Source: an uncultured Candidatus Saccharibacteria bacterium
GTDB lineage: Bacteria > Patescibacteriota > JAUYIX01 > CAYMIK01
Direction: 5' to 3'
Assembly (NCBI GenBank): GCA_964390745.1
Contig: CAYMIK010000002.1
Location: 26,866-90,865 of the forward strand
DNA length: 64,000 nt
In this document: piece after piece, positions 42,611-52,091 of the stretch
How positions within the stretch are numbered: position 1 is the first letter of the stretch
Layout of the letters: each line of letters opens with the position of its first letter
Made by a program: the position numbers and the translations under genes
Notes under the pieces: generated by a model
What the model was told of the DNA's origin: nothing
What the model saw: the letters and a program-made list of their open reading frames with translations, nothing else
Databases searched by the model: none

Positions 42611-42628
42611 AATCGCGGGCTCCTAAAC

Positions 42629-42856
42629 TTAAACGAACTTAACGATAAGAGCAACAACCAAGGCGTACACAGCGATAGCTTCAGCGAAAGCAATTGCCAA
42701 GATCATAGCGGTCTGAATCTTGCTTGCTGCTTCTGGATTTCGTCCAATAGCTTCCATAGCTTTTGCTGCCATCTTTCCGATAGCGAGTGCTGGGAACATA
42801 CCACCGATTGCGATAGTCGCACCTGCGATGATCGTGCTGATCATTTCTGCTGACAT
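42629..42856 (-). CDS. atpE: ATP synthase Fo c subunit
   Basis: IGRNPEA loop; AFAEAIAVY (no Ser/Thr after the Glu, so probably H+-coupled). Confidence 0.96.
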   Translation of the reverse strand: MSAEMISTIIAGATIAIGGMFPALAIGKMAAKAMEAIGRNPEAASKIQTAMILAIAFAEAIAVYALVVALIVKFV

Positions 42857-42900
42857 AGTGATCCTTTCTTAATTGAATAATAAATTAATGATAAACAAAA

Positions 42901-43713
42901 TTAGTGTGAACTCTTTGCTTCCTTTGCGGCAACTTCTTTGGTAGGTTTTGCATGTTCTGTGTGCTCTTCGTGTTCAGAGTGATCGGCCATGGCTGTCTTC
43001 ATAAATACAAGGGTCAAAAGTCCGAATACCAGCGCTTGTATAAATCCAACGAAGAGTTCAAGGAAGTAAAATGGTACCGGTGCGACATAGGCTGCCAGGT
43101 AGGCGATAACGGCCAGGAGTACTTCGCCAGCGAAGACGTTTCCAAAGAGTCGAAAACTGAAAGAAATGAGGTGTGCAACTTCGCCAACAAGCTCTAGTAT
43201 ACCCACAAAGAAGGGAATTATGCCAGAAAAGTTGATGAACTTTTTACCGTATTTAAAGAACCCAATGGCCGCAATTCCAAAGAACTGAGTTACAACAATA
43301 GATACTATTGCTAAGGCGAGGGTCGAGTTAAGATCGCTGTTTGGTGAACGTAAGAATGGAACGAACTCTTTGCCGTGTTCGCCGATTTCGTAGAATCCAA
43401 TGGTTCCAACTCCCGGGAAAAGGCCCAGCCAGTTTGAAAGGGTAATAAGAAGTAAAAATGTAGCGATAAAAGGCAGAACGCGTCGAGTAAGCTTGCGGTC
43501 CTCCATGATTCCGTGCACCAGGTTGTATATTGCCTCAATGATTCCCTCGAAGAGATTGGCAAAACCCTTTGGAACAATTTCTGTGTTCTTTGTGCCAAAG
43601 TACGCAATCAAACATATCACAATAACCGCAACCCACGATGTCACCAATGTATTGGTAATTGGCAATGGGCCGATGTGGAAAAGAATTTCACTTGCGAGCG
43701 ATATATGGAGCAT
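42901..43713 (-). CDS. atpB: ATP synthase Fo a subunit
   Basis: SFSFRLFGNVFAGE and ELFVGFIQA motifs. Confidence 0.96.
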   Translation of the reverse strand: MLHISLASEILFHIGPLPITNTLVTSWVAVIVICLIAYFGTKNTEIVPKGFANLFEGIIEAIYNLVHGIMEDRKLTRRVLPFIATFLLLITLSNWLGLFPGVGTIGFYEIGEHGKEFVPFLRSPNSDLNSTLALAIVSIVVTQFFGIAAIGFFKYGKKFINFSGIIPFFVGILELVGEVAHLISFSFRLFGNVFAGEVLLAVIAYLAAYVAPVPFYFLELFVGFIQALVFGLLTLVFMKTAMADHSEHEEHTEHAKPTKEVAAKEAKSSH

Positions 43714-44009
43714 TATGCGTTGTCTTTTGTGTCGTTATCTTTTGAAGTTTGTGATTTTGAGTCAGATGTGTCTGGTTTGCCAAGATCATCAATGATGGGC
43801 GCGGCAATTCGGTAGATGCCTATGGTAGAGATTGCGAGTGAGGCAAGTATTCCGATAAGCAAAAAGATGGGGGATGTGCCAAGTCTTTTATCAAGTAACC
43901 TTCCTCCAAGGGCAAGAAGAACAATCGGGAGCGCGATGGTATAACCCATGCGCCAGGCGAGGTCTACGACTCTCCAATCGAATTTCGATCCGTTTTCAAC
44001 TTGCTTCAT
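43713..44009 (-). CDS. AtpZ/AtpI family ATP synthase-associated protein
   Basis: G..IA.P....GGRLLDKRLGTSP.FLLIG motif; GGAGG RBS before ATG 44009. Confidence 0.85.
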   Translation of the reverse strand: MKQVENGSKFDWRVVDLAWRMGYTIALPIVLLALGGRLLDKRLGTSPIFLLIGILASLAISTIGIYRIAAPIIDDLGKPDTSDSKSQTSKDNDTKDNA

Positions 44010-44141
44010 TTTTGGCGCCTCCATTCTATACGCTGAAGTACAAATCGTCAAGGGTCAAAATTTTAGAGGTTCTTGACCCTAAGAAGCGTCCAGATGTTTT
44101 ACGCGGTATGATATAATTCTCAGTGTAATTTTTAGGCCAAA

Positions 44142-44735
44142 ATGATCAAATCTATCTGCGTATTTGGTGATAGCATCGCATATGGGCGAAGTGATCTTGA
44201 GGTCGGTGGGTGGGTTACTCGCCTGAAGCTCGCTCTTCTTACCGATACCAAAGACTACACGGCCGTATTAAACTTTGGAATTCCTGCAGACCTCGTGGCC
44301 AAAGCAGTAGACAGAATCAAGCCAGAGGTGGAGTATTGCGAACCCGAGCTTTCATTTCTTGCTCTTGGAGTAAACGACACACCACATACATCTTTGCACG
44401 GATTGCCTACTACACAACTCAGAGACTTCAAGCGCCACTACGCACACATTATTAAAGTGCTGCAGAAGAATTCTAATCGTATATGTCTCATTGGTATTAC
44501 CAATGTTCACCCAAATAATCCTTGGCGCTATTCAAACGATGAAATTCAAAGATACAACAAAATTGTAACGACACTCGCCCAAAAAAAGGGGATAGACGTA
44601 ATCGAAACCTTTGGGCTCCTCGACCCTTCCACCGACTTTACAAAAGACGGAGTCCATCCAAATGGCAGAGGACACAAAAAGATATTTGAAAAAGTTTTGC
44701 CGGTTGCAAAAAGATTAGTAGAAAACAACAGATAG
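44142..44735 (+). CDS. SGNH/GDSL hydrolase
   Basis: VFGDSI, LGVND, DGVHPN motifs. Confidence 0.88.
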   Translation: MIKSICVFGDSIAYGRSDLEVGGWVTRLKLALLTDTKDYTAVLNFGIPADLVAKAVDRIKPEVEYCEPELSFLALGVNDTPHTSLHGLPTTQLRDFKRHYAHIIKVLQKNSNRICLIGITNVHPNNPWRYSNDEIQRYNKIVTTLAQKKGIDVIETFGLLDPSTDFTKDGVHPNGRGHKKIFEKVLPVAKRLVENNR

Positions 44736-44806
44736 TAAGATGATGATACGTTGAGTTAAGAGTCCCGGGGAAGGCATGCAAATGCCAAGGGATTGAGCTC
44801 AGTGAT

Positions 44807-44834
44807 ACGTCGCACAATGTATCTTATGCGAACC
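44807..44834. other. dif: dif-like Xer recombination site
   Basis: ACGTCGCACAA-TGTATC-TTATGCGAACC: 11-6-11 layout with semi-palindromic arms, compared with E. coli dif GGTGCGCATAA-TGTATA-TTATGTTAAAT; intergenic; gene orientation converges across the window. Confidence 0.65.
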
Positions 44835-44838
44835 ATGT

Positions 44839-45180
44839 TTGAGATCAAGAAGGGGCCAAAACGCATCTCAATTACCCCGCTTCCCAACAAAGAGCTACGA
44901 AACGTTATGTTTCTATTATTCGTATGTCGCTAACGTTGTTCTCTCTTTCTGTTTATCTCTGCACTCCTTGTTTGACGTCTGCATATATAGATATGCCTTA
45001 GTTTGTGTATTTTTGACCCCTATGGGGTCTCAAATCGTCCTAGGGCCGCCTAAGTTGACTACGCAAGGCTTTAGGATACGTCAAATAGTCTCTTATGTAC
45101 TATGGCTGTGCCATAAAGAGGTTTTTTGCGGTTTGCGCTAAGTTCTTTCGGCAGTACATATAAAGCAAACCAAGACTCAT
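44839..45180 (+). ncRNA. Candidate structured non-coding RNA or ssDNA hairpin region (unknown family)
   Basis: Several perfect 6-8 bp stems forming nested junctions and a possible pseudoknot; no convincing ORF; G-U pairs favour the + strand if it is RNA. Confidence 0.3.
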
Positions 45181-45329
45181 GTGATCGCCAGCTGACACTT
45201 GTGAAAGACTTGATATTCCGTACACGAGTGCACGTGACATAATACAAAGAGCGACTCTGCCTGAGAGCTGTACCTTAGAACCCTTCATGTGTCGCACAAT
45301 ATTAAGGCTATTCTTCGAACAATGATCTA

Positions 45330-46523
45330 CTAGTAATAGTTCATTGCATTCACAGGAACACCGTTCACGCGTACTTCAAAGTGTAAGTGTGCGCCAGTGG
45401 AAAAGCCCGTAGTACCAACGGCAGCAATCTTTTGACCGGCACTCACCGTCTGACCATTTTGCACGTATATTGCTGATGTGTGTCCGTAAATAATGAGCAG
45501 GTTGCCGCTCTGAACGGCTACATAATAACCATACCCGCCATGGTTCGAACTCCAACCCGCGTGTACCACTACCCCATTCGTTGCTGAGTATATTGGGGTA
45601 CCAGATGGTGCTCCAATATCGGTACCCGTGTGTGTAAGCCCTGGGAAGTATCCAGCGCAATGGAATGGACACGTAATAACACCCATTCCAACGGGCAGTG
45701 GCCAAACAAAACCGCTTGTGTATGGCTCAGAGACGCCGTAGTGTGTGTTGTTTTCACGAAGCTGTCGCTCGAGGGCAGCGATTTCTGATTGACTCTTGTT
45801 GTACTCATCTCGTGCTCGTGAGAGCTGCGTCTGGAAGTTGGCTTCGTCATTTTTTGTTGAATCAAGGAGCTCTTGCTTCTCCTGTTTTGCGCCATTTAAC
45901 TCGCTGATCTTCATATCAAGATCTTTCTTCTGCTTCTCAAGGTTGCTTCTCGTGGTAACGAGTTCTTGTTTCTTGAGGTTGAGTTGCGCTTCGAGGTCCT
46001 TTATCGTGTCGAGAGAGTCTTTTACGTCGCCCTGCAGCGTTTCGATATTTTGCATATTGTTCAAAATATCTGAGAACGAATGATTCGAAAGCAGCATCTC
46101 TATCGAGCTCGTGTCGTCGGTGTAGCTCAAGGTTCGAATGTATTCAGAAATAACGTTCTTTTGGTGCGCGATCTGTGCTTCGGCATCGGTAATATTAGAC
46201 TCAGTCTGCTTGATCTGGAGATTTGTGCTCTGGATGTCTGTTTTTTTCTTGTTTACTTCGAGCTGATTCTTCTTTATCTGGTCATCAAAAATAGCCACCT
46301 GATTAGAAAGTGTGGCTGCTTGCCCCTGTTTTTCTTTTATGTCGCCCTGAAGCTGAGAAATTTTGTCTTGGAGGGCGTTGGATTCACTATTTTTCTGATT
46401 TATCTGATCGTTGATACCCGCAACAACAGCGCCTTGTGGCAGCATGAGTGTAAAAACAAAAATACCAGCAAGAATTGCTGATGCAGCTCGTTTGTTTCGT
46501 TTTCTTTTTGGTAATTCGATCAT
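45330..46523 (-). CDS. Coiled-coil M23 peptidase (EnvC/CwlO-like murein hydrolase)
   Basis: Signal/TM, long coiled coil, HTGTD, GYG, IYGH, STGAHLHFEVR motifs; ATG 46523 preferred over GTG 46532. Confidence 0.9.
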   Translation of the reverse strand: MIELPKRKRNKRAASAILAGIFVFTLMLPQGAVVAGINDQINQKNSESNALQDKISQLQGDIKEKQGQAATLSNQVAIFDDQIKKNQLEVNKKKTDIQSTNLQIKQTESNITDAEAQIAHQKNVISEYIRTLSYTDDTSSIEMLLSNHSFSDILNNMQNIETLQGDVKDSLDTIKDLEAQLNLKKQELVTTRSNLEKQKKDLDMKISELNGAKQEKQELLDSTKNDEANFQTQLSRARDEYNKSQSEIAALERQLRENNTHYGVSEPYTSGFVWPLPVGMGVITCPFHCAGYFPGLTHTGTDIGAPSGTPIYSATNGVVVHAGWSSNHGGYGYYVAVQSGNLLIIYGHTSAIYVQNGQTVSAGQKIAAVGTTGFSTGAHLHFEVRVNGVPVNAMNYY

Positions 46524-46574
46524 CGGTGTCACCGATTATACCACAAAAGCGACCCTTCGTACAGTGCAGGTTGG

Positions 46575-48041
46575 TTAAGCGTTTTGAAGCTTTTCTTTGG
46601 CTTTTGTGAGCCGTTCTACCGACTCCTCAACACCCATGGCCCAGATCATTTCAAAGACCCCTGGGGACATCTTTTTTCCAGAAAGCGCGTATCGAAGTGG
46701 CCAAAAGAAGTTTCCTGGCTTCAAATTGAGCTTTTCTGCCTCTTTTTTCAGATCTTCTTCAAGCTTTTTCGGGTCTAAATCAGCATTGTTCTGGCCAGCA
46801 ATAAAGGTTTTACCCGCTTCGAGTGCTTGGAGCGCCTCTTCTTTGTTGGACTTCTTCCAAATAACCTCATTGGCATCGTACGTAGCATCATATTCAAAGA
46901 AGAGTTTCGTAAGTTCGGGAAGTTCTGAGAAGCATTTGAGTCGCTCTTGCTGAATAAGGAGTGCGCGGTCAATGAGCGATTCGTGAGTAGAAGCAACATC
47001 ACCCAGGAACGGCTTAGCGTACTCGAGATATTCTTTTTGAGGCATTTGCTTAATGTAATGGGCATTGAACCAGTTGAGGCGGTCCATGTTTACCACAGCT
47101 CCAGCCTTGTGGACGTTCGCAAGATCAAATTTTTCAATCATCTCTGGAAGTGAAAGAATTTCTTGTTCGGTTTTTGGATTCCAGCCCAGGAGCACCACGA
47201 AGTTCAAGATAGCATCGCGCAGATAGCCTTTTTGGATATAGCTTTCAACAGAAACATCGCCCTTGCGTTTTGAAAGCTTGGTTTTGTCGGGATTTAAGAG
47301 CAAAGGAAGATGTGCGTATTCTGGCTTCTCCCAGCCAAACGCTTCGTACAAAAGAATGTGCTTTGGCGTTGACGAAAGCCACTCTTCGCCACGGAATACG
47401 TGTGAAATCTTCATGAGGTGGTCATCAACGATCACGGCAAGATGGTAGGTAGGAAATCCGTCGGACTTCATGAGAATCTGGTCATCAACGGTATTGGTAT
47501 TAAATGTTACCTTGCCACGCACCAAGTCATTAAAAGTTACTTCTTTATTTTCTGGGACAAACATACGCACAACATGCGGTGCATTTTGCTGCAACAGCTC
47601 CTTGGTCTTTTCTTCTCCTAGGGTAAACTGGTTTCGCATAGAATCGCGATCATACATGGGCGCGCGCTTTTCTGCGGTTTGTTTGGCGCGCATAGCCTCG
47701 AGCTCTTCTGCGGTATCAAAGGCGTAGTAAGCACTCCCCTTCTCAATCAATTCTTGAACATATTTATTGTACAAGTCCTTTCGTTCTGATTGTGTGTAGG
47801 GGCCAAAATCGCCTCCCTTGTCGAGTCCTTCGTCATACGCAAGACCAGACCACTTCAAGGTCTTCATGAGTGCGTCTACGGCACCTTCAACTTCTCGTTT
47901 TTGATCGGTATCTTCTACACGAATAACAATCGTGCCATGGTGCTTCTTGGCAAAAAGATAGTCGTACAGATAGGTACGGAGGGTTCCAATGTGGAGATAT
48001 CCTGTTGGACTTGGCGCGAGTCGAACTCTGACGGTGTTCAT
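46575..48041 (-). CDS. gltX: Glutamate--tRNA ligase
   Basis: RLAPSPTG.LHIG, RVEDTD, RGEEW, KLSKR motifs. Confidence 0.97.
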   Translation of the reverse strand: MNTVRVRLAPSPTGYLHIGTLRTYLYDYLFAKKHHGTIVIRVEDTDQKREVEGAVDALMKTLKWSGLAYDEGLDKGGDFGPYTQSERKDLYNKYVQELIEKGSAYYAFDTAEELEAMRAKQTAEKRAPMYDRDSMRNQFTLGEEKTKELLQQNAPHVVRMFVPENKEVTFNDLVRGKVTFNTNTVDDQILMKSDGFPTYHLAVIVDDHLMKISHVFRGEEWLSSTPKHILLYEAFGWEKPEYAHLPLLLNPDKTKLSKRKGDVSVESYIQKGYLRDAILNFVVLLGWNPKTEQEILSLPEMIEKFDLANVHKAGAVVNMDRLNWFNAHYIKQMPQKEYLEYAKPFLGDVASTHESLIDRALLIQQERLKCFSELPELTKLFFEYDATYDANEVIWKKSNKEEALQALEAGKTFIAGQNNADLDPKKLEEDLKKEAEKLNLKPGNFFWPLRYALSGKKMSPGVFEMIWAMGVEESVERLTKAKEKLQNA

Positions 48042-48095
48042 AATTGTGAGTACTTTTTGTGTTCTTATGCTAACAAAATGCCTAAATTGTGCAAG

Positions 48096-48680
48096 CTAAT
48101 CAATATTTTCTGGGTCGAACTTATCGTCTACGATCATTTTCGCTTCTGAAAGAACCCGGTACTCAACCGGTGGCTTTTCCTTGAAGATAGTTTCGATGCA
48201 GGCAACGGTATCAACTTCAAAGCGCTTCTTGAACTGCATAGATGCGGCCTTTTCAAGAATAGCCGGAATTTCAGGTGTTCTTTTGAGGTTGATAACAGAG
48301 ACGTGCGGGAAGAAGCTCTTCTCCGCTTGGGCGCCAATATACTTTTTCAAAACATTGCGCAACCCGTACTGCAGATCCATGAGGTTGCGATTTTTTACCA
48401 TCGTAATGACGAGCTTTTTTGGTGACTTTGAAGGAAAACTTTCAATTGCGTTGAAATACACATTGAAATATTTTTGGCTTGAGACAAAGGCAGAGACCTC
48501 TTTTTGAATCTCCGATAGGCTTTCTTCTGTAACGTCACCGATAAAAGAAAGAGTCACGTGCCAATTTTCTTGGGGAATCCAATAAAAACTTTTTTGAAAC
48601 GTATCAAATGGTGCCAACGTTTCACGCAAGTTTTCTGAGATATTTTTTCCGAGAGGTATGCCAATAAAAACACGCTTCAT
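48096..48680 (-). CDS. thpR: RNA 2',3'-cyclic phosphodiesterase (2H family)
   Basis: R.FIGI start; two 2H motifs (HVTL, HVSV). Confidence 0.85.
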   Translation of the reverse strand: MKRVFIGIPLGKNISENLRETLAPFDTFQKSFYWIPQENWHVTLSFIGDVTEESLSEIQKEVSAFVSSQKYFNVYFNAIESFPSKSPKKLVITMVKNRNLMDLQYGLRNVLKKYIGAQAEKSFFPHVSVINLKRTPEIPAILEKAASMQFKKRFEVDTVACIETIFKEKPPVEYRVLSEAKMIVDDKFDPENID

Positions 48681-48734
48681 GCGCGAATTGTATCAAAATT
48701 GGCCCGACGCTGCAAAACTCGTTATACTTGTGCC

Positions 48735-50711
48735 ATGAAAGAAACGAATGAACGTATCTATAATGTCCTGCCAAATGCGAAGATTGGAAGCAAAAACTTC
48801 CACGGCTTTTGGTATTCATCTTCTCTTGCGCTTGGTGTTGGTGATCTGGTTCAGGTGCCGCTTGGCGGAAGAAAGTCGTTGGGTGTCGTTACGGAAGAAG
48901 TTCATGAAAAAACAGAGCAGAAGCTCAAGCCTATTACTGAGTTGCTCGTCCCTGGATTCATGAACAAAGAACGCATGGAGCTGCTGGAGTGGTTTTCTTC
49001 GTACTACCGCGCTCCTCGGGGCCTTTCGCTGCATTTATTTTTGACGGGCTACTCACACGTCACTCGAAAAGTTACGCTGAAAAACGTTGTGCATTCAACC
49101 GAAAAGCATAAGAAAGTAACACTCAATACTGAGCAGAAAAAAGCCGTTTCCGAGATAGCTTCTTGTTTTCAGCAAAAAAAGTTTGAAAAATTTCTCTTGT
49201 TTGGCCCAACTGGAAGTGGAAAAACCGAAGTGTATCTTCGTGCTTGCGAAGAAAACATTGCAAACAAAAAGCAAGCTATCATCTTTGTCCCAGAAATCGC
49301 ACTAACACCTCAAACCGTTTCTCGATTCGCTTCGCGATTCCCGGACAAGGTTCATGTATACCACAGCAAAATGACACCGGCGCAAAAAAGAAAGGTGGTA
49401 GAAGCTGTCTTGGAAGATGAAACGGCCATTGTTGTGGGGCCTCGGTCTGCACTCTTTTTGCCCTATAAAAACCTGGGGCTCATGGTGCTTGACGAAGAAC
49501 ATGATTCGAGCTTTCAACAACTCGATCAGAATCCGCATTTTGATGCACGGCTAGTGGCAACCAAATACGCGGAGCTCTTAGGAATTCCCGTTATCTTTGG
49601 CGATGCCACACCCGAGATTGAACTTTTCTATGAAGCGACGCAACCAAAACCTCGTGTGAAACTTTTGCAACTTCACAAACGAATTTCCGAGTCGTCACAA
49701 GACATACCATTTCCAAAAGTTGCCATTGTTGATCTGGTTCAAGAAATCCGTGCCGGAAACCGCTCGCCATTTTCCAATAAGCTGGTTCAGGATATGTATG
49801 CGGCACTCAAAAATAAAGAGCAGGTCTTTTTATTTTTGAATCGCCGCGGGCTCGCATCGTCTGTTGTGTGTGTTTCGTGTGCGCACGTGATGCTGTGCAA
49901 GTTCTGTGATCGTCCTCTCATTCTTCACGGATCAAGGCTGGTGTGTCATCAGTGCGGAAGAAAACAAGACCTTCCGGTTTTATGCCCTGCTTGCAAGCGG
50001 CCAACGCTCAAGTCTCGCGGCATGGGAACGGAACGGATCACGCTTGAGGTTCAGAAACTTTTTCCAAGTGCCCGCGTCGCACAAGTGGATACCGATACTA
50101 TTAAAACACGAAATCAGTATCACGAAATCTATGAAAAAATTCACAATCATGAAATAGATGTGATTGTTGGTACCCAAATGATTGCGCAAGGACTCGACAT
50201 ACCTAACGTTCAGCTCATTGGGGTCATTCAATGCGATAACGCCCTCAACCTCCCTGACTTTCATAGCGAGGAGCGCGTCTTTCAACTTCTGACGCAGGTA
50301 GCAGGAAGAGCGGGGCGAAGAAAAAAACAAGGCGAAGTGATTATTCAGACCTTCTTCCCACTGCATCCGGTATTCGAAAGCGTTAAAGAGCACAGCTTCC
50401 AACATTTCTTTGACCGAGAAATCCTGCACCGAAAGAATTTCCATCATGCGCCGTTCACCCATCGGGTCGTGTGTATCTATGAACATCGCGATGAGCAAAA
50501 AGCAGAAGAACAAGCCAAGGTCCTCGCCGATATTCTTACAAAGACCGCGTATGTTGAGGTCTTGGGCCCTTCTCCGGCCTTTATCACCAAGCGACGTGGC
50601 AAGTTCCGATGGCAGCTTCATATACGTGTAAAAAGCCTCGAGGAAGTACCCTTTGACATCATCCCAAATACGTGGGATATTTATGTCGATCCTCAAAACC
50701 TCTTATTGTAA
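48735..50711 (+). CDS. priA: Primosomal protein N' (replication restart helicase)
   Basis: GPTGSGKTEVY, DEEHD, four CxxC pairs, QVAGRAGR; start reassigned to ATG 48735. Confidence 0.95.
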   Translation: MKETNERIYNVLPNAKIGSKNFHGFWYSSSLALGVGDLVQVPLGGRKSLGVVTEEVHEKTEQKLKPITELLVPGFMNKERMELLEWFSSYYRAPRGLSLHLFLTGYSHVTRKVTLKNVVHSTEKHKKVTLNTEQKKAVSEIASCFQQKKFEKFLLFGPTGSGKTEVYLRACEENIANKKQAIIFVPEIALTPQTVSRFASRFPDKVHVYHSKMTPAQKRKVVEAVLEDETAIVVGPRSALFLPYKNLGLMVLDEEHDSSFQQLDQNPHFDARLVATKYAELLGIPVIFGDATPEIELFYEATQPKPRVKLLQLHKRISESSQDIPFPKVAIVDLVQEIRAGNRSPFSNKLVQDMYAALKNKEQVFLFLNRRGLASSVVCVSCAHVMLCKFCDRPLILHGSRLVCHQCGRKQDLPVLCPACKRPTLKSRGMGTERITLEVQKLFPSARVAQVDTDTIKTRNQYHEIYEKIHNHEIDVIVGTQMIAQGLDIPNVQLIGVIQCDNALNLPDFHSEERVFQLLTQVAGRAGRRKKQGEVIIQTFFPLHPVFESVKEHSFQHFFDREILHRKNFHHAPFTHRVVCIYEHRDEQKAEEQAKVLADILTKTAYVEVLGPSPAFITKRRGKFRWQLHIRVKSLEEVPFDIIPNTWDIYVDPQNLLL

Positions 50712-51166
50712 TGAAACTTCCTTCATCCTACGCATTGATTGAAAATACTGATAAACGACTTCGTGCAAAGAATGCTCCCGTTGACATCAAAGATCCGGCG
50801 CTTCCAAAGCTCATCGAAGATATGTTTGAAAAAATGTACGAATGGAATGGCATTGGTCTTGCCGCTCCGCAGTTTGGCGTAAATATTCGGCTTGCTGTGG
50901 TTGATACTGGCAAGGGAGAGAAATATGCTCTTATAAACCCAGAGATAACCTTTGCCTCCAAGGAAACTTCTCCTTTGGAAGAGGGCTGTTTAAACTTTCC
51001 AGGAAAATACTTGCGCATCGATCGACCACGAAAGATTCGTATTAAATTCCAAGATGTGAACGGCAAGTTCATCAAAATGAAGGCCTCGGGACTTTTGGCA
51101 AAAGTTTTTCAACACGAAACCGATCACCTCAACCAAACTCTCATCATTGATCATGCCAACGAATAA
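50711..51166 (+). CDS. def: Peptide deformylase
   Basis: GIGLAAPQ, EGCL, QHETDH motifs. Confidence 0.96.
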   Translation: MKLPSSYALIENTDKRLRAKNAPVDIKDPALPKLIEDMFEKMYEWNGIGLAAPQFGVNIRLAVVDTGKGEKYALINPEITFASKETSPLEEGCLNFPGKYLRIDRPRKIRIKFQDVNGKFIKMKASGLLAKVFQHETDHLNQTLIIDHANE

Positions 51167-52091
51167 GCGTTTTATATTTTTCGGAACGGATACATTTGTT
51201 GTGCCTGTCCTCGAAACACTCCTTACGCTTCCGTATGAATGCGTCGGTGTTGTTACGGCTCCTGACCGAAAAGGGCGCGGCAGTCAAATAATCCCCTCTC
51301 CGGTAAAGCAGTGTGCCCTAAAACGCGGCTTGAAGGTTTTTACCCCAGAAAAGCTGAAGGATTTTTTTGATACCTACCAAGGTTTGGCGCCAGACTTCGC
51401 AGTTATTGCATCGTATGGAAAAATTATTTCGCAAAAGTTTATCGATGCAACACCGCTTGGAATCCTCAATATTCATCCTTCGCTTTTGCCTCGACACCGC
51501 GGGCCCTCGCCGGTTCCAGCAACCATTCTCGCAGGCGACACAATGACGGGCGTTGCCATCATGAAGATTGACGCTGGGGTTGATACGGGTGACATTCTCG
51601 CTATGGAGGAACACGAGCTTTCGGGCACAGAAACAACGCCGCAACTTCTTGATGAGCTCTTTATTCAGGGTGCACAGCTTCTTGCCAAGACGCTTGATTC
51701 ATATCTTGCGGGTTCACTTTTGCCACACGAACAACCAGGCGAAGGCGCAACCCACTCAAGCATGCTTCAGAAAGATGACGGGAAGCTCGATTTTACGGAA
51801 TCAGCTGAAGTTGTTGAACGAAAAGTTCGTGCACTGAATCCTTGGCCAGGAACTTTTGCGCAACTTTCTGGGCAACGTATAAAAATACTCAGCGTACGCC
51901 TGACCGAAAAATTGAAGAAAGCACTCACTCCTGGTACAATACAACAAGAAAGCGACCAACTTTTTGTCGGAACAGGAACTTCGCCTCTGGAAATCCTCGA
52001 ACTGCAAAAAGAAGGAAAAACTAAGCAGTCAGCAGCAGAGTTTATTCGCGGACTGCAGAACAAAAACGACGGCCTTCACTTCGATCTATGA
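51153..52091 (+). CDS. fmt: Methionyl-tRNA formyltransferase
   Basis: IFFGT, VVTAPDR, NIHPSLLP.HRGPSP, VRALNPWPG motifs. Confidence 0.95.
   Translation: MPTNKRFIFFGTDTFVVPVLETLLTLPYECVGVVTAPDRKGRGSQIIPSPVKQCALKRGLKVFTPEKLKDFFDTYQGLAPDFAVIASYGKIISQKFIDATPLGILNIHPSLLPRHRGPSPVPATILAGDTMTGVAIMKIDAGVDTGDILAMEEHELSGTETTPQLLDELFIQGAQLLAKTLDSYLAGSLLPHEQPGEGATHSSMLQKDDGKLDFTESAEVVERKVRALNPWPGTFAQLSGQRIKILSVRLTEKLKKALTPGTIQQESDQLFVGTGTSPLEILELQKEGKTKQSAAEFIRGLQNKNDGLHFDL

Noticed and set aside
42629-42856. Na+-translocating ATP synthase
   Set aside because: The c subunit lacks the Q...ES/T Na+-binding signature (it has EAIAVY).
44839-45297. ORFs 44839-45141(+) and 45100-45297(-), and a 32-aa ORF from ATG 44835
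   Set aside because: No RBS or recognisable motif and atypical composition; probably spurious.
44736-45329. tmRNA, RNase P, SRP RNA or group I/II intron in the large intergenic gap
   Set aside because: No tRNA-like ends or T-arm, no GAGGAAAGUCC, no CAGG/AGCAG SRP loop. Only a partial group I R-like AGAGACUA on the minus strand, without P3/P4 context.
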